Source: an uncultured Poribacteria bacterium
GTDB taxonomy: Bacteria > Poribacteria > WGA-4E > WGA-3G
Length of the DNA stretch: 64,000 nucleotides
Assembly (NCBI GenBank): GCA_958296135.2
Contig: CATQHZ020000002.1
Span: 32,001-96,000 of the forward strand
Direction: 5' to 3'
A program made the position numbers and the translations under genes. This document shows positions 48,461 to 57,508 of the stretch, piece by piece (the stretch's first letter is position 1; each line of letters begins with the position of its first letter). The notes beneath the pieces are model-generated. The model was given only the letters and a program-made list of their open reading frames with translations. It was not told where the DNA came from and did not search any database.

Positions 48461-50158
48461 CTATTTTCTGATCACCATTTTCCTTGTGGCTATAAAATTC
48501 TTAGTAATCAGCGTGTAAAAGTAAACTCCACTGGCTACTCGTTCTCCATATTCATTTTTGCCATCCCAATATGCCGCCCTTGATCTACTCATATAAACCC
48601 CGCTTGGCTGATGTCCAAGATCTAATGATCTGACAAGTTGCCCATTCACTCCATAGATTTCTATAGTCACATTGGTTGGTTCATCCAATTCATATGGAAT
48701 CCACGTTTCAGGATTAAACGGGTTTGGATAGTTAACGCCCAATGCGGCGTTAGTCACAAAAGTAGGTTGTTGAGGAGCCGCTCCATAACTCGATCTATCC
48801 TGACCGAATAACTGATCTCCCATATATTTAATGTCATTTATTACTTGTCGATACCTTATATTATCCTGTTTAATAAAATCATTCATCGTTTCTTGAGCAA
48901 TATATGGACCATTGTCATCAATTATTTCATCAATTATTTCTTCGATTTCTATAAACCCATCATTATGACATGTCATACAGCTTGTTCCATTAATAATTGG
49001 ACTATTATCTGAAATATCATCTGGAGTATTATCTGGAATTGCAACAATATCAGTTGGAGCCTGTGGTAGCCTTACTCCTTTACTATTAGTAATAAAATAA
49101 GCATGTAATCCATTTGGTAATGTGAATATCATTTCGCCGCCAGCATGTTCAAAATTTAATGGATGTTCAGCAATATTATTTATTCCAGTGCTATTATCAA
49201 AATCATATGATCTATAATAAACACCATTAGCGGCTTCTGATTTCATAAGAGGATACTTAAACGGAATTCGTTCAACTATTCTATTGTGGTAAGATACATT
49301 AGATTTACCTTCTGCTATTCCAACGACATCATATAATTTCTGGCTAGCAAATGGATTTGGAGTATAGAAAACAATTCCTCCAAGAGGTGAATACGGGATT
49401 GATGGAGATAATCTTTCATTAGTCAATTCATCTTCAGTATTTGGTAATCTTAATATATCATGATATAAAGGAGGTTTAGAAGCGTTTTCAAGAAACCAAT
49501 CAATAGGAATAATCGGATATTTTGGTTGTGTTACCCCATCAACCATATCTAATATTTCATCATAAATAGAATTTGATTGATAAGATCCATCATCTTGATA
49601 ATGAGCTTCTAATAATTGCCAACTTGTAGATCCTGCAGGACCAAAAGAAGTTCGAACATTAATTGAAAAAATCATTCCATATGATCCATGAACTATTTCA
49701 GGATAAATAATTGTTGGTCTCCATGAAAAACGATTTAATAACTTAGTTAAATCTATAAAATCTGATTTTCTATTATTAGTCACAGTAAAATATCGTTTCC
49801 ATTCTTGATCGTATCCATCACCATATTCTAAATCATCTTTAACAAGAGATAAAATTTCATTATCACTTAATTCATGCCAATCAGAACTTCTAGAATCGAC
49901 CCAATCTTGTATAGAGTCAATATCGGATTGATCTAATTCTGGTTTGCCTAATGGCATTACTCCAAACCCATCTACTCCATTAGTAATCGCATTAGGAATT
50001 AAATTTACATTTCGATCTAAAAATTGATTATCATGACAACTACTACAATTCTTTTCAAGTATATTAGAAACTTCTTGTTCTATTTGTGCTGGCGATGGTC
50101 CAGCATTCAGTGACATACAAGCTGATAATGCCATAGCGCCAAGCGTCTTGAACTTCAT
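48461..50158 (-). CDS. Secreted protein with two CxxCH heme motifs and a Poribacteria-type C-terminal FlgD-Ig/sorting domain
   Basis: Signal peptide; CSSCH and CMTCH; C-terminus NYPNPFNPETWIPYEL..AAYWDGKNEYGERVASGVYFYTL..ATRKMVIRK. Confidence 0.8.
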   Translation of the reverse strand: MKFKTLGAMALSACMSLNAGPSPAQIEQEVSNILEKNCSSCHDNQFLDRNVNLIPNAITNGVDGFGVMPLGKPELDQSDIDSIQDWVDSRSSDWHELSDNEILSLVKDDLEYGDGYDQEWKRYFTVTNNRKSDFIDLTKLLNRFSWRPTIIYPEIVHGSYGMIFSINVRTSFGPAGSTSWQLLEAHYQDDGSYQSNSIYDEILDMVDGVTQPKYPIIPIDWFLENASKPPLYHDILRLPNTEDELTNERLSPSIPYSPLGGIVFYTPNPFASQKLYDVVGIAEGKSNVSYHNRIVERIPFKYPLMKSEAANGVYYRSYDFDNSTGINNIAEHPLNFEHAGGEMIFTLPNGLHAYFITNSKGVRLPQAPTDIVAIPDNTPDDISDNSPIINGTSCMTCHNDGFIEIEEIIDEIIDDNGPYIAQETMNDFIKQDNIRYRQVINDIKYMGDQLFGQDRSSYGAAPQQPTFVTNAALGVNYPNPFNPETWIPYELDEPTNVTIEIYGVNGQLVRSLDLGHQPSGVYMSRSRAAYWDGKNEYGERVASGVYFYTLITKNFIATRKMVIRK

Positions 50159-50210
50159 AACATGGCTCCCACATGAGTTCGGGAGGGGAATTGAACCCCT
50201 CCCAATGTTA

Positions 50211-50408
50211 CTAATAGTCTTGCGTAACTAGAAAGTTAATTTTATTTCGAAGCCCATCATATAAATCATTAATTTCTTTTTGTGACTTACATTTATCTAG
50301 TTTTTGATCCGCAATAGCAAACTGATTAAGAATCTCTTTACGCATTACACCGATCACGGTTTTTGTTATCGGAATGTTATGATTTAAAAGCTCTGAATTT
50401 ATACTCAT
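50211..50408 (-). CDS. Small hypothetical protein
   Basis: 65 aa ORF. Confidence 0.5.
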   Translation of the reverse strand: MSINSELLNHNIPITKTVIGVMRKEILNQFAIADQKLDKCKSQKEINDLYDGLRNKINFLVTQDY

Positions 50409-50413
50409 TTTAA

Positions 50414-51130
50414 TTACTCCTTTGCATATTTAGCATCATAGTTTCTGATAACTCTTAACGCTTGTGCCAATTCCGCATTATCAGATTCTAATTCTTCAAC
50501 TTTATTTGTTAACGCTTCAACAAGTATTGTAAGATCATCATTATTATTATTCAATTCTTCGTTTTTACGTGTTAAAGATTCAACTTCCTCTAGAAGATCT
50601 TTATTATCATGTTCAGAATCTTCGAGTTTAAGAGTTAATTGGTTAATATTTGCTATTTGATTTTCGATTCGCTGATCTTTCGCTGCTAATTCTTTTTTGT
50701 GTTCTTGTTCTTTTTCAACTATTTCTGCGATCGCTTTTACTACTGATTGGACATCCATTTGTTCTTCTCCTGTATTTGGATTAGAAATTAAATTAGAAAC
50801 TTCATTTATTACATCGATATGATACTTACCATATCGATCTTCCATAAGTTTATCTGCATTATCCGTTAACTGATATTGACCCCAACCAATTCGAGGTAGA
50901 ATACCAAAAGTTTCAAGGTTGTTAATTGCCGAATCAAATACCGCTTCATGCCATTCGTCATAAATTACAGATATTTGATTAGCAACATTATGAACAATAT
51001 CTTGTCGGTTGACGGTACCATCTCTAAATTTCTTAACTTCCAAATATATAAGGATATGTGTCGCTTTAGATCTTGAAGTTAAATTAAGAACCCTTATTTG
51101 CTCGTCTGTTAAACCTAGATCTTTAATCAT
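50414..51130 (-). CDS. Winged-helix plus long coiled-coil protein
   Basis: FDSAINNLETFGILPRIGWGQYQLTD followed by heptad repeats. Confidence 0.6.
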   Translation of the reverse strand: MIKDLGLTDEQIRVLNLTSRSKATHILIYLEVKKFRDGTVNRQDIVHNVANQISVIYDEWHEAVFDSAINNLETFGILPRIGWGQYQLTDNADKLMEDRYGKYHIDVINEVSNLISNPNTGEEQMDVQSVVKAIAEIVEKEQEHKKELAAKDQRIENQIANINQLTLKLEDSEHDNKDLLEEVESLTRKNEELNNNNDDLTILVEALTNKVEELESDNAELAQALRVIRNYDAKYAKE

Positions 51131-51141
51131 CTTTAACCTCC

Positions 51142-51438
51142 TTACAGGTTGAGCAGCATTTCGCTGCTCATGATTGGCGGTCCAAGATCATAATCAACCT
51201 TGTCTCCCCACTCCAAATACTCTTCTTCTTCTTCATTAAGATCGATATTATGTTCTAGTTTGACGTTAATCGCATCAACAATATCGTCAAAATCATGCAA
51301 AATGATCTGTTCTTCAAGATAGCCACGATCAATATAATTAAGTTCGTCTTCCTTCATATCAACAATATCTTCAAAGGTAAATACTTCATGAAACTGTTCA
51401 AGTTCGATCTGATTCATATTATATAGTTTCTTACGCAT
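51142..51438 (-). CDS. Highly acidic small protein
   Basis: 98 aa, very D/E-rich. Confidence 0.6.
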   Translation of the reverse strand: MRKKLYNMNQIELEQFHEVFTFEDIVDMKEDELNYIDRGYLEEQIILHDFDDIVDAINVKLEHNIDLNEEEEEYLEWGDKVDYDLGPPIMSSEMLLNL

Positions 51439-51829
51439 TTTTCTTATCCTCCAATTCTTGATATCGTTCCTGTTTCTTTAAAAGCTCTTCCAAATATTGT
51501 TCGCAAACCTCTTTATATTGTTCTAGATGACGTTCGCTACGATGCGATCGAGCCGCCAATGTAATTTCATATCGGAACAACCACATCTTGAGACTATTTT
51601 CCCAAGTTTCGCCATAATTGCCTTCGCTTACATAATGTGGCCGAACCTCTTGTAAAAGCTCTATTCCTTCAGAGTGCAATACTTCCAAATTTTCGTCCAA
51701 AGTTCCTTCTTCAAATTCATTCAATAAATCTTCTACTTCATAAATCAGATCAGAACATTCCCATTTATCATTTGGAATTGGCAAATCTTTCTGACCAGGA
51801 ACTCGAGGACCATTTGTCCAGTTAACCAT
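51431..51829 (-). CDS. Acidic hypothetical protein
   Basis: 132 aa behind a class I promoter. Confidence 0.6.
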   Translation of the reverse strand: MVNWTNGPRVPGQKDLPIPNDKWECSDLIYEVEDLLNEFEEGTLDENLEVLHSEGIELLQEVRPHYVSEGNYGETWENSLKMWLFRYEITLAARSHRSERHLEQYKEVCEQYLEELLKKQERYQELEDKKNA

Positions 51830-51867
51830 TTTTATTAACCCCTTAAATTTTTATTTTTTAATCATTT

Positions 51868-51917
51868 CTCCTATATATAATATAGGCGATTTGGCCTTGT
51901 TATCAGATCAGACAACC
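51868..51917 (-). promoter_or_regulatory. Class I promoter, copy 16
   Basis: Consensus match. Confidence 0.8.
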
Positions 51918-51981
51918 GAAAAATTTTTCGCCCAGCCAACAGGGAGAGGGGGTTGTTCCTCCCCTCCAAAAATTGAATTTA

Positions 51982-52257
51982 TTATTTGCTAGCCCTGATT
52001 TCAAAATCAGGCGATATTCGTATAATTCTATCAGACTTCGCTAAATCTCCATTTCTTATTTGATTTTCAGTAAATTCAGCACCGCTTTTAGCTTGATTTA
52101 TGAATCCTTGATCGTGATTATATGAATCAATTATGAATTTAAGATCTTTAGTTGGATCAATACCATTATCCACAAGGGCTTTGATACGTCCAATCTGCCA
52201 CGCTAACGAATCCGCTCTTAGCATTTTTTGATTTAACCGTCGCATTTTCTTATCCAT
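51982..52257 (-). CDS. Hypothetical protein
   Basis: 91 aa, AGGAGG RBS. Confidence 0.6.
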   Translation of the reverse strand: MDKKMRRLNQKMLRADSLAWQIGRIKALVDNGIDPTKDLKFIIDSYNHDQGFINQAKSGAEFTENQIRNGDLAKSDRIIRISPDFEIRASK

Positions 52258-52265
52258 TTAACCTC

Positions 52266-53414
52266 CTAAAAGAATGATACTTGTTGGTTTTTGTAAACCG
52301 TAGAAAAGATTTTAAATTGAGCATTACCATATTTTTCAAGTAATCCTACTTCAAGATCTCTATGCGTCCAACTTATTTGATCAAGCATGCAAAAATTGTG
52401 CATTCTTCTATACAAATATCCTGGTATACCTTCTACGTTTGATTCTTTTTTTAATCGGCTAAGATCTTCACAAAACGGACATCTATGATTTGTGACTTCC
52501 CGAGCCCATCTAAGTTTTTCTTCTGTCATATTGTCGTCTTCATTATCCCGAAGGAGACTACACGATATGCCACCAATATATGGAAAATAAATCTTGCCAA
52601 GCCCAGCACCAATAATCGGAGTGCTTGCGTCAAAGGTCCTAATACCCAAATAGTGCAATATAAATACAGATCCTGGAGACGATATTCCTAAACAATGAAT
52701 TCCAACTCCTTTCTTTTTTAATACTTTTTGTAATTCGTTTAACATAGTTAACGCAGCACCTCTTAATTGTCGTGGCGATCCAGGATGCGTTAAGCATGAT
52801 GCGGAATAAGATGCAAATTTACTCTTATCAAGCATTGGTTTATATGAATTATACATATAATCAATATCTTGATCCTTTCTTAAATGAAATACTGGTGCGA
52901 CTTTACCTTGAATTTCTGGTTTTAAGCACTCAAAAAACTTAAGGGACGCTTCAATTGTATTGTTAATCTTTCTTTTATATCCGTCATGATAAACATCAGA
53001 CAGATTTGGCGGATGATCGGGCATAATGTAAATGTCCGCCCAATCATATTCGTTATAGAGTTCTTCATTGTGCTTCTGAAGATCATCTAAATTAGAAATA
53101 CCTCTACTCTTTAACGATCCTGTTAGAACTTGAAATCCCCCAGAATCAAACATTATATTATCAATTACGCCTTCGCCTTTTAACTCCTTAAGATAATCTA
53201 AAATGCCTTTATTTTTTCGTAAAGCCACAGGTGTTAAGAGCATATTTCTAAATGGTTTTGCTTTTGGCGTTCCTTGCCAATCATAATTGTTAACCAAATC
53301 CATCGCAAATTCAACATGATCAGACATTACGTTTCTGGTTGGAGTACCAATCGCCTGAAAGAATGAACTTTTATGTCGTTTGAACCCGTCATTTTCTTCC
53401 TTAAGATCTACCAT
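52266..53414 (-). CDS. tRNA-guanine transglycosylase-fold enzyme (TGT or DNA-modifying DpdA-like)
   Basis: MFDSGGFQ, PDHPP, IHCLG, FDAST and Zn-site remnant CPFC...HN. Confidence 0.8.
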   Translation of the reverse strand: MVDLKEENDGFKRHKSSFFQAIGTPTRNVMSDHVEFAMDLVNNYDWQGTPKAKPFRNMLLTPVALRKNKGILDYLKELKGEGVIDNIMFDSGGFQVLTGSLKSRGISNLDDLQKHNEELYNEYDWADIYIMPDHPPNLSDVYHDGYKRKINNTIEASLKFFECLKPEIQGKVAPVFHLRKDQDIDYMYNSYKPMLDKSKFASYSASCLTHPGSPRQLRGAALTMLNELQKVLKKKGVGIHCLGISSPGSVFILHYLGIRTFDASTPIIGAGLGKIYFPYIGGISCSLLRDNEDDNMTEEKLRWAREVTNHRCPFCEDLSRLKKESNVEGIPGYLYRRMHNFCMLDQISWTHRDLEVGLLEKYGNAQFKIFSTVYKNQQVSFF

Positions 53415-53451
53415 TTATTACCTCTATATTTTTTAAGTCTTTTTGTCCCTC

Positions 53452-53494
53452 TATATTATTAAAATATTAAATTTTCAAGCCCAATTAAATCCAA
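53452..53494 (-). promoter_or_regulatory. Class II promoter-like element, copy 4 (upstream of the TGT/DpdA-like gene)
   Basis: Consensus match. Confidence 0.75.
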
Positions 53495-53500
53495 TAAAAT

Positions 53501-56500
53501 TTAAAATTCAATAAAATTTTCAGCCCGTTTGTTCCTATTAGTAGGAATAACACATCCTTTTCCAAACAATTCCTCAATTTTGTCAACGATCTTTGGATTG
53601 TAATCCAATTTATAGTCACTAGAACTTTGAGCAACTACTGTTCCATAATCGATAGTCTTCAAATGTAATACTAAGTTCTTATTACCCTGATAATCTTTAA
53701 CTATTTGTTGTAATGATTCCAATTTTTCTTGGTTATCAATGTCAGGTTCTTGAATAACTACTTCGACTGTATCTATGAGTTTGCCTATATCCTCTAGATT
53801 CATAATCCGATTAATAACTAATTGTTTAGTCTTCTTTCTAGAATCGGTTGATAGTGATCCGTGTACTAATGAAATCATTCCGCTTTCAACTTGATCAGAA
53901 TACGATTGCCAAGTATTCGGAAACGCTACCGCATTAAGAGTTCCTTCTAGATCTTCTATTACCATAGAAGCCATTGATTCTTTCTTTCTAGTCTTAAACG
54001 GTTTAAGATCTGTAATCAATCCAACTAAATAAATATCATTTTTCCTATCTAAAGCGGTTACCGTATTAGAATTCGTAAAATTCTTTATTATTTGTTTGTG
54101 CTGTTCCAATGGATGACCAGAAACATAGAATCCGAGTTGATCCTTTTCATTTTGGAGCTGTTCTATAATTGACCATGGTTCAACCTCTTTCATTGTGGCT
54201 ACAGCTTTCGGACCGCTATCAAACATATCAAATAAATTAACTTGCCCTTGATCTTTATCAGATTTTGCACTTTCTGCAGTCTTCATAACTAGATCAAGAT
54301 TTTCCAGAAATTGTGCCCGATGACCATCAAACGAATCTAACGCTCCACACATGATTAAGTTTTGGATCGTCTTCTTACTAACCGTCTTTGTATCAACTCG
54401 CTCGCAAAAGTCTTCAAATGATTCGAATTTACCATCTTTTCTAGCATTAAGTATCTCTTCGATCGCGCTTTCACCAACATTACTAATTGCAATTAATCCG
54501 AACAGAATAGAATCTTTGTCCACAGAAAAATGGCGTTGACTTCTATTGATATCTGGCGGCAACAATTTTATGGTTCTATCTAGAAATTCTTCTAGGTTAA
54601 CGCATTCATTCCTATACTTAATAAATTTATCGGTATTTGTATGCTCACCAGTCATCATCGCCGCCATAAATTCATGCGGATAATGAGTTTTTAAGTATGC
54701 CATTCTATAAGCTAGAATCGAATAAGCGACCGTATGACTTTTATTAAACGCATATTGACCAAACGGTTCCAAAATATCAAAAACTTGACTAGCTTTCTCT
54801 TCAGAAATTCCATTTTCTATAGCACCATCAACAAACTTTTCGCGCTGTTCCATTAGAAGCGGTTTATTCTTCTTACCCATTGCCGATCTAAGCACATCAG
54901 CTTCACCCATTGTGAACCCAGCCATATCTCGAGCGATCTGCATTACCTGTTCCTGATAAACACAAACCCCATAAGTTCCTTCTAGAGCATCTTTTAACAG
55001 AGGATCTAAGTAAGTAATTGCTTCCCGACCATGCTTCCTATTAATAAATTGCTTCATCATTCCACTCTTCAGTGGTCCAGGTCGGTATAATGCTGGAATT
55101 GCTACAAATTCCTCAAAACTTTCTGGTCGTAAATCAATTGTTACCTGTTTCATACCAGGCGATGTCTCTAATTGAAATAATCCTTGAAGTAATCCCTTTT
55201 GAATTAAATTAAAAGTTGGTTCATCATCAAACGGAATCTCAGTTAATATGATTTCTTTACCATGATTTTCTTTAATTAGTTCTAGGCAATCATAAACTTC
55301 AGTTAAACTCCTGATTCCGAGCGTATCAAACTTAATAATTCCAATATCTTCTACGGCTTTACCTTCATATTGTGTCGCTATTTGATCGTTTCGATCCTTA
55401 AAAAGTGGAACATAATCTGTCAGAGGTCCATTTGACACCACAATAGCAGAGGCATGACAAGAAACATGGCGTTTCATTCCCTCCACTTTCTGTGCTAAAT
55501 CAATTAACTCTCGATTTTTTGGAAGTTCAGCCTCTTTTCTCAATGCAGAATTTTCTGATAATGCATCATCTATTGTAAACTTATTAGCAGATTCTGGAAT
55601 TAAACTAGTAATCTTCTTAATTTGTTCGTTTGGTATTTCTAATGCTTTACCAACATTATTAATTGCCGCTTTTGCACTTAATGTTGAAAATGTTGCTACC
55701 TTTCCGACAGAATCATGCCCATATTTATCAACTAAATATTGGATTACATGTTCCCGCGCTCGATCCGAGAAATCAATATCAATATCTGGCGGACTAATTC
55801 TATCCAGATTTAGAAAACGTTCAAAAAAGCATCCATAATCCATCGGATTAAATGTAATTACATCAAGTGCGAAAAGCACCAAACTGCTACCACCACTACC
55901 ACGAGCAGAAAGAGGATATCCTTTGCTATTAGCAAAGCGCACATAATCCCAAACAACCAAGAAATAACCGGCATACCCTGTTTTAGCAATGATTTCCAGT
56001 TCATAATCTAGCCGTTCCTTAATTTCGGTTGATAATTCCCCATATTTCTTTTTCAAACTTGTATAACAAAGTTCTTTTAGGTAAGAATCATTAGTATGAC
56101 CTTGAGGAACTTCGTATTCTGGCAGTAAATTATCTCCATAATCAAGCTCAATATTACAGCGTTCCGCAATCCGCATAGTATTTGTTAATGCTTCTTCCGG
56201 ATACATCTTGAGAGCTTCTTTCATTTCGTCATAAGTTTTAAAATAGAAATGATTATCAAACATCATTCTATCTGTATCATTAACCGTCTTCTTCATTTGA
56301 ATGCAAAGCAGAATATCATGCATATAATGATCTTCTCGATTCAGGTAATGACAGTCATTAGTTCCAACTATTGGTATATCGTATTCTTTTGCTAATTCAT
56401 AAATAACTGGATAAGCTTGTTCTTCTTCTTTAATATAATGATTTTGCACTTCGGCATACAAATTGTCTTTGCCAAGCACATCGATTAACTGCTTAAAATT

Positions 56501-56962
56501 AGCAATACCCTTCTCTTTACTTGTGGATATAGCTTTCGGCACAAAGCCAGCAACACAACCAGTTAATCCAATGATTCCTTCATTGTGATCTCGAAGAATT
56601 TCCATATCGATTCGTGGTTTACTATAGAATCCTTCTGTATAGCCCACAGAAACCATCTTAAGTAGATTCTTATATCCAGTAGCATTTTCGGCAAGCAATG
56701 TTAAATGATATGGTGGTCCCTGTTCCTTGCCTCTAGTCTTTCTACTGCCTGGCGCGACATAAACTTCACAGCCAACAATTGGATTGACACCCTTTTGCCG
56801 AGCCTTTGTCATGAAATCCCATGCAGTAAACATATTTCCATGATCTGTTAAACCCACAGCGGATGAGCTGTTTTGGACAGCCCAATCCACCATGTCTTCG
56901 ATCTTACAAGCACCATCAAGCAGACTTCCATCTGAATGATTATGTAAATGTATAAATTCCAT
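53501..56962 (-). CDS. dnaE: DNA polymerase III alpha subunit
   Basis: PHP domain HLHNHS..SLLDG and TDHGN, RGSGGSS, PDIDIDF, YAFNKSH, LGFYVSGHPL, C-terminal OB fold. Confidence 0.97.
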   Translation of the reverse strand: MEFIHLHNHSDGSLLDGACKIEDMVDWAVQNSSSAVGLTDHGNMFTAWDFMTKARQKGVNPIVGCEVYVAPGSRKTRGKEQGPPYHLTLLAENATGYKNLLKMVSVGYTEGFYSKPRIDMEILRDHNEGIIGLTGCVAGFVPKAISTSKEKGIANFKQLIDVLGKDNLYAEVQNHYIKEEEQAYPVIYELAKEYDIPIVGTNDCHYLNREDHYMHDILLCIQMKKTVNDTDRMMFDNHFYFKTYDEMKEALKMYPEEALTNTMRIAERCNIELDYGDNLLPEYEVPQGHTNDSYLKELCYTSLKKKYGELSTEIKERLDYELEIIAKTGYAGYFLVVWDYVRFANSKGYPLSARGSGGSSLVLFALDVITFNPMDYGCFFERFLNLDRISPPDIDIDFSDRAREHVIQYLVDKYGHDSVGKVATFSTLSAKAAINNVGKALEIPNEQIKKITSLIPESANKFTIDDALSENSALRKEAELPKNRELIDLAQKVEGMKRHVSCHASAIVVSNGPLTDYVPLFKDRNDQIATQYEGKAVEDIGIIKFDTLGIRSLTEVYDCLELIKENHGKEIILTEIPFDDEPTFNLIQKGLLQGLFQLETSPGMKQVTIDLRPESFEEFVAIPALYRPGPLKSGMMKQFINRKHGREAITYLDPLLKDALEGTYGVCVYQEQVMQIARDMAGFTMGEADVLRSAMGKKNKPLLMEQREKFVDGAIENGISEEKASQVFDILEPFGQYAFNKSHTVAYSILAYRMAYLKTHYPHEFMAAMMTGEHTNTDKFIKYRNECVNLEEFLDRTIKLLPPDINRSQRHFSVDKDSILFGLIAISNVGESAIEEILNARKDGKFESFEDFCERVDTKTVSKKTIQNLIMCGALDSFDGHRAQFLENLDLVMKTAESAKSDKDQGQVNLFDMFDSGPKAVATMKEVEPWSIIEQLQNEKDQLGFYVSGHPLEQHKQIIKNFTNSNTVTALDRKNDIYLVGLITDLKPFKTRKKESMASMVIEDLEGTLNAVAFPNTWQSYSDQVESGMISLVHGSLSTDSRKKTKQLVINRIMNLEDIGKLIDTVEVVIQEPDIDNQEKLESLQQIVKDYQGNKNLVLHLKTIDYGTVVAQSSSDYKLDYNPKIVDKIEELFGKGCVIPTNRNKRAENFIEF

Positions 56963-57435
56963 TAACCACTCCTAATAGGTTTTGGCAATCTAATAATTTC
57001 ATTAATTGAGTCTGGATTATCAAAATATTCCTGAGTTATTTGCCAGAATTGTAGTCTTGGATATTCTATTCCATTATGATTAAAGCAACCCATTGATTTA
57101 GCTTCTTCTCTCATTCCAGTGCTAACTTTTTCCACAGTAATAAATACTCCGGCTATCGCATTATTTATGTTCATAGAATGACAAAACGCTCTAATCTGAG
57201 CAAGCGTCGGTTTTCCAGATTTAACTTCTGCCATAACTGGACCTTTAGCTGATTCTAATCCTTCTGAAATCCATTCAGAATAGTGACCAATACCATCAAA
57301 TCCACCATCGGCAGAATTATTAGTTGGAGTTAGATTTAGTTTACTAACTGCCCAATCAGAAAAACTATGATAAAGCTTACTATTTAACAGATCATTAAGT
57401 TCATTCATATTATCTGGATTTAATTGATTTTGCAT
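56962..57435 (-). CDS. Stand-alone Mrr-cat / PD-(D/E)xK-like domain duplicated from the neighbouring MTase C-terminus
   Basis: DGGFDG..AEVKSGKPTLAQIRAF..GVFIT; near-identical DNA to about 57600-57835. Confidence 0.7.
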   Translation of the reverse strand: MQNQLNPDNMNELNDLLNSKLYHSFSDWAVSKLNLTPTNNSADGGFDGIGHYSEWISEGLESAKGPVMAEVKSGKPTLAQIRAFCHSMNINNAIAGVFITVEKVSTGMREEAKSMGCFNHNGIEYPRLQFWQITQEYFDNPDSINEIIRLPKPIRSG

Positions 57436-57508
57436 TATATCTCCTTAGTATTATTTTGTTTTAATTAGACAATATTACAGTGGGGAGTGAATATACACTC
57501 CCATAATT

